This document shows, piece after piece, positions 60,552 through 64,000 of a stretch of 64,000 nucleotides of DNA. The DNA comes from Promethearchaeota archaeon. GTDB lineage: Archaea > Asgardarchaeota > Heimdallarchaeia > Hodarchaeales > Hodarchaeaceae. Numbering within the stretch: the first letter of the stretch is position 1; every line of letters starts with the position of its first letter. Position numbers and translations under genes: made by a program. The notes under the pieces are model-generated. The model had not been told where the DNA came from. It did not search any database and worked only from the letters and a program-made list of their open reading frames with translations. The stretch covers positions 1 through 64,000 of the forward strand of contig JBHLMN010000004.1 in the NCBI GenBank assembly GCA_048938105.1, read 5' to 3'.

Positions 60552-61622
60552 ATGGATAATCTCTCACCGGCAGACAAGGTTCGACGAAAGCAGCAAATAA
60601 AGCACTTATTGGCTGAAATTGTTGAGAATTTGAAAGATTATTTTGATGAACTTCAATTAAAAGAGTTTGGCCAAAAATCTCGGTTCGTTGTACTTAATGA
60701 TATTCAAGCTGTACATAAAATTGGATCCAAAGGGCTACAATTAGTGACTGCCGATTTCAATAGTGAACTAGGAAGTTTAACGCTAACAATAGCTATAAAG
60801 AGCTTTGATTCACCAGATGAAGCTTTGCGAAATAAAATATTAACTAATCGTTTGTCAAAAAAATTAAAAGACACTGGGGTATTAACACCCCGTGTTATCT
60901 TCGAATATGGTTCTATATTGATTTATGAAGGAATTCAAGGTAAATCATTTTATGATTCAGAGATAAATCCCGAACTTAAGCTTTTACTGACCGGAGAGGC
61001 TCTTTCCAAATATCATTCAACTGTTTTAAAACCAATGCAAAAAGAGAGATATGTTTTCATTTTGAAAAAGACCTTCCAAGACATTGTAATGCCTAAAGAA
61101 CGTAAAGAAGCTTTCATAGACCTTGCTAGTAAGTCATTATCGAAAATACTTAGATATTCAAGTGGTACTGCCGGTACGGCTGGATTCGGAGACTTCCATC
61201 AGGGAAATGTGTTATTCTCGTTTGAGAAAGATGGTAGTGACAAAAAAAGGATCCAGGTGTGGTTAATTGATCCTGAATACGTAGAAGAAGAGCAATCTGC
61301 TGATAGAATGGAAGATATTGGCACTTTTTTCCTACATTCAGCAATTGATAATTATGATAATGATGGAAATTTATATACATTCTGGAGGGAAATTCAACCA
61401 TTCATAGAAGGATATGAAAGAAACCTTTCAGCTGTTGGGTTGTCTTTGAATGAAATATACAGGAATTACGAAGCTGCATTAGCATTTCACCTAGGATTGA
61501 ATGTGTTGCTAGAAGGTCTATTTCTGCAAAAACGTGCAAATATGGATGATGAAACAGCGTTCGATCGAATGGCAACCTGTGTTGCGTTGGCAAATTACTG
61601 TTGGAAGATTGGTTTGAAATAG
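60552..61622 (+). CDS. APH/choline-kinase-like phosphotransferase-fold protein
   Basis: IAIK, TPRVI, LSKYH, FGDFHQGNV (catalytic loop), LIDPE, EDIG. Confidence 0.7.
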   Translation: MDNLSPADKVRRKQQIKHLLAEIVENLKDYFDELQLKEFGQKSRFVVLNDIQAVHKIGSKGLQLVTADFNSELGSLTLTIAIKSFDSPDEALRNKILTNRLSKKLKDTGVLTPRVIFEYGSILIYEGIQGKSFYDSEINPELKLLLTGEALSKYHSTVLKPMQKERYVFILKKTFQDIVMPKERKEAFIDLASKSLSKILRYSSGTAGTAGFGDFHQGNVLFSFEKDGSDKKRIQVWLIDPEYVEEEQSADRMEDIGTFFLHSAIDNYDNDGNLYTFWREIQPFIEGYERNLSAVGLSLNEIYRNYEAALAFHLGLNVLLEGLFLQKRANMDDETAFDRMATCVALANYCWKIGLK

Positions 61623-61663
61623 TCTAGCTTCTAGCTATCTTAAGGTCTATTCGTGTTGAACAT

Positions 61664-61957
61664 ATATCTTTGCATCTACCTGAAATTGTAAAGAATTCTA
61701 GTTTGGATGTATGCAAGTGAATTACTTTTTTCGCTTATAAGGGAAGGTTTTCACAACCTTATCAGTCATAAAAGCTAGTCTAATCATTCTTATCAGATTA
61801 TATCGTCTTATAGAACTAGAGGATGGCGAATTATCAAATATCAACCGTCTTTAGGGTTGTAAATGAGAACACAAACGTGTTGTCTTATTATCAGAGGTGA
61901 TGATAAATCTAAAGTAATTCTACACTTATCAAGCTATTCTAGATCCCCCAAAGATAT
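61664..61957 (+). ncRNA. Candidate structured RNA of unknown family
   Basis: Nested complementary segments forming a five-way junction with G-U pairs on the + strand (see findings); no known family motif recognised. Confidence 0.3.
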
Positions 61958-62118
61958 TAAAAATGCCATATAATAAAACTAAATAACATGATGATTTTTC
62001 TTAAGTATTATCAATCCAAAAATTAATTCTAAAAGAGATATAATACTTAGTTATTTGTATTTTAGATACAATAAGTCTTTCTAGGAGTACATTGTTCAGT
62101 CTATAGTGAGGTTATATA

Positions 62119-63540
62119 TTGGATATAGCAATCATCAATACTTGGTTAATGACCTTTAAGGGAAAGGGTTTGGGAATAGTACCTAATGGAGCAATAGGTA
62201 TCGAGGATGGTAAGATATCATTTCTTGGAAAATCTGATGATTTTAACCACAAACAGGCTGATAAGATCATTGATGGTGAAAATCATATCACGATGCCAGG
62301 ATTGATTAATGCACATACTCATACAGGATTAACTCTCTTAAGAGGGGGCGCTCAGGACCTACCTGAAATTGAATGGATGAATAAAGGACTTGGGCCATTA
62401 GCAAGGAATTTAAACAAAGAAGATCTCATTTTAGGTTCAAAACTAGCCGTTCTCGAAGGATTAAGATCAGGTACAACAACTTTTGCTGAATACGCTAGTT
62501 TTGTATCAACTCTTATCCATGAAGTGTATATACCCTTCAAAGTTCGTGTTGTAGGTATTGAGACCATAAATGAGGTTAGCTCAGACAGAGCTCAATTGAA
62601 GCCTACAGATCTTTATCAATTTGATCAATCTAAAGGAGAAGCAGCTCTTAAAAGAGCTAATGGTGTATTTCAAGAATTTCATGACAACGATCTCGTTAGT
62701 TCGATGTATGGACCTCAAGCTTTAGATTTCTGTTCCTTAGAACTCTTAAAAAATATCAAACAACAAGCAATTGATCGAGATTGTAAAATTCATATGCATG
62801 TAGCGCAAGGAGGACGAGAAAGACTTCAAATTTGCGGTCGTTTTGGAAAAGGTTCAACAACTGTAAGTGTACTTAAGAAGAACGGTTTACTTGATGCCAA
62901 CCTCGTTGCTGCTCACATCCACGATACCACCCCAGGTGAACGATTATTAATGGTGAAAAATGGAGTAAAAATGGTTGGGTGTCCTTCATCTATCGCAGTA
63001 ATTGATGGTATAATTCCTCCAATTAATCATTATATAGAAATTGGAGGTACAGTTGCTCTAGGGACAGATCAAGGCCCTGGGCCAGGGCATTATAACATGT
63101 TTCAAGAAATGAAAATGGCTAGTATTTTATCTAAAATTCAGGAAAAAGACCCAACAGCATTACCACCCTGGAAATCACTTCAACTAGCAACAAGAGGAGG
63201 AGCTGAAGTACTCGAGCTTGGAATTGGAAGTCTTGAAGTGGGGAAGCAAGCAGATGTCATTACTGTTGAATTAACAAATTTAAATTTAACTCCCATTGTA
63301 GATAATCCTTTCAAAAACTTCGTACCTAATATTGTATATTCCAGCACTGGCAATGAAGTGGATAATGTAATAGTAAACGGAGAAATAATCATGACTGACA
63401 AACAGATGGTTGATATCGAAGAAATATCAATAATCAAAGAGGCGAATAAACGAGCTAAAAGAGTCTTCGAGGAAGCCTCTGAAGATTGGATTGAAGCAGG
63501 TTCGAAGATGGTCTTATATCATCAAAATGGTTTTTTATAA
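62119..63540 (+). CDS. Metal-dependent amidohydrolase, MTA/SAH deaminase (Atz/Trz) family
   Basis: MPGLINAHTH, SGTTT, HMHVAQ, AAH, LGTD, GSLEVGKQAD. Confidence 0.88.
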   Translation: MDIAIINTWLMTFKGKGLGIVPNGAIGIEDGKISFLGKSDDFNHKQADKIIDGENHITMPGLINAHTHTGLTLLRGGAQDLPEIEWMNKGLGPLARNLNKEDLILGSKLAVLEGLRSGTTTFAEYASFVSTLIHEVYIPFKVRVVGIETINEVSSDRAQLKPTDLYQFDQSKGEAALKRANGVFQEFHDNDLVSSMYGPQALDFCSLELLKNIKQQAIDRDCKIHMHVAQGGRERLQICGRFGKGSTTVSVLKKNGLLDANLVAAHIHDTTPGERLLMVKNGVKMVGCPSSIAVIDGIIPPINHYIEIGGTVALGTDQGPGPGHYNMFQEMKMASILSKIQEKDPTALPPWKSLQLATRGGAEVLELGIGSLEVGKQADVITVELTNLNLTPIVDNPFKNFVPNIVYSSTGNEVDNVIVNGEIIMTDKQMVDIEEISIIKEANKRAKRVFEEASEDWIEAGSKMVLYHQNGFL

Positions 63541-63713
63541 ACATATCAAAAAGATATAGAAAGATTTTTGAACTTTTCTGAAAAGATTCATTGGTTTTAT
63601 TGATAAATCGGTGAAAATTTCTGAAAATGTCTTCTTTGTTTAAGAAGGTAATATTTTTTAGAGAATAAAAGATAAATTTGGTTCTAAGGTTAAAAAAAAT
63701 TACTGGTGAGAAT

Positions 63714-64000
63714 ATGGTTCATCCAAATGATATTCCTCTATGGCCTGAAAATGTTCCAAAAACGATTGATTATCCTAACATTCCCCTTTTTGCGAACTTG
63801 GATCGTTCAGTCTTAGAGTTTCCAGATCGAACCGCACTTATCCTTGATACTGGAAGTTTTGATAAGGTTGCTCAAATTACTTTTAAGGATGCGGGAGAAT
63901 TATCTGATAAATTTGCTGCATTCCTTGTCGATAAGGGAATACGACCAGGAGACAAGGTAGCTGTTTTTTTACCTAATATGATAGAGTTTGTTATTGCTTA
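63714..64000 (+). CDS. Long-chain fatty acid-CoA ligase, N-terminal part (runs off the window)
   Basis: MVHPNDIPLWPENVPKTIDYP...FPDRTAL...GIRPGDKVAVFLPN; SD-like GGTGA upstream; not in the ORF track. Confidence 0.8.
   Translation, partial: MVHPNDIPLWPENVPKTIDYPNIPLFANLDRSVLEFPDRTALILDTGSFDKVAQITFKDAGELSDKFAAFLVDKGIRPGDKVAVFLPNMIEFVIA

Noticed and set aside
61719-61920. Lysine riboswitch, suggested by the five-way topology
   Set aside because: No AGAGGUGC/AGAGGCGC junction or loop-E motif, and gene context does not fit.
61925-62118. SAM-I riboswitch (CTTATCAAG upstream of an MTA/SAH deaminase-like gene)
   Set aside because: Lacks the downstream GAGGGA, GCAACC and GUGC core and a complementary P1 strand.
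1-64000. tRNA, rRNA, transposase, integrase or provirus
   Set aside because: No recognisable signatures seen by eye.

Overview
AT-rich archaeal chromosomal segment, most likely from an Asgard archaeon (Heimdallarchaeia/Hodarchaeales-like). This assignment is inferred from a RagA/B-like GTPase-roadblock fusion, archaeal/eukaryotic-type GlyRS, type II MetAP, type II GAPDH-like enzyme and giant Ig/LVIVD surface proteins with PGF-like C-terminal anchors. Most genes are metabolic or housekeeping: thiolase, PfkB kinase, LLM oxidoreductase, M42 peptidase, GH13 amylase, iscS-iscU-tusA, agmatinase, glyS, a proline/sarcosine dehydrogenase-like pair, map, transporters and an acyl-CoA ligase. The window also holds three giant surface-protein genes, two orphan DNA methyltransferases, an OLD-family ATPase-TOPRIM nuclease and several pseudogene relics. 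I saw no rRNA, tRNA, CRISPR array or transposase/integrase. The ORF track misses a >1270-aa surface protein at the left edge (636-bp tandem repeats), a 47-aa Lys-rich microprotein, a zinc-ribbon ORF broken by one TAA and the acyl-CoA ligase at the right edge. Most notable: (1) an IscS whose PLP Schiff-base Lys is Leu but whose persulfide Cys is intact, in an operon with IscU and TusA; (2) a RagA-like GTPase-roadblock protein that has lost its G3 motif, next to an OLD nuclease with a Walker B Glu-to-Asn change; (3) a ~300-nt intergenic segment that folds by eye into a five-way-junction RNA with strand-consistent G-U pairs. All calls come from motif recognition by eye; no searches or folding programs were run.
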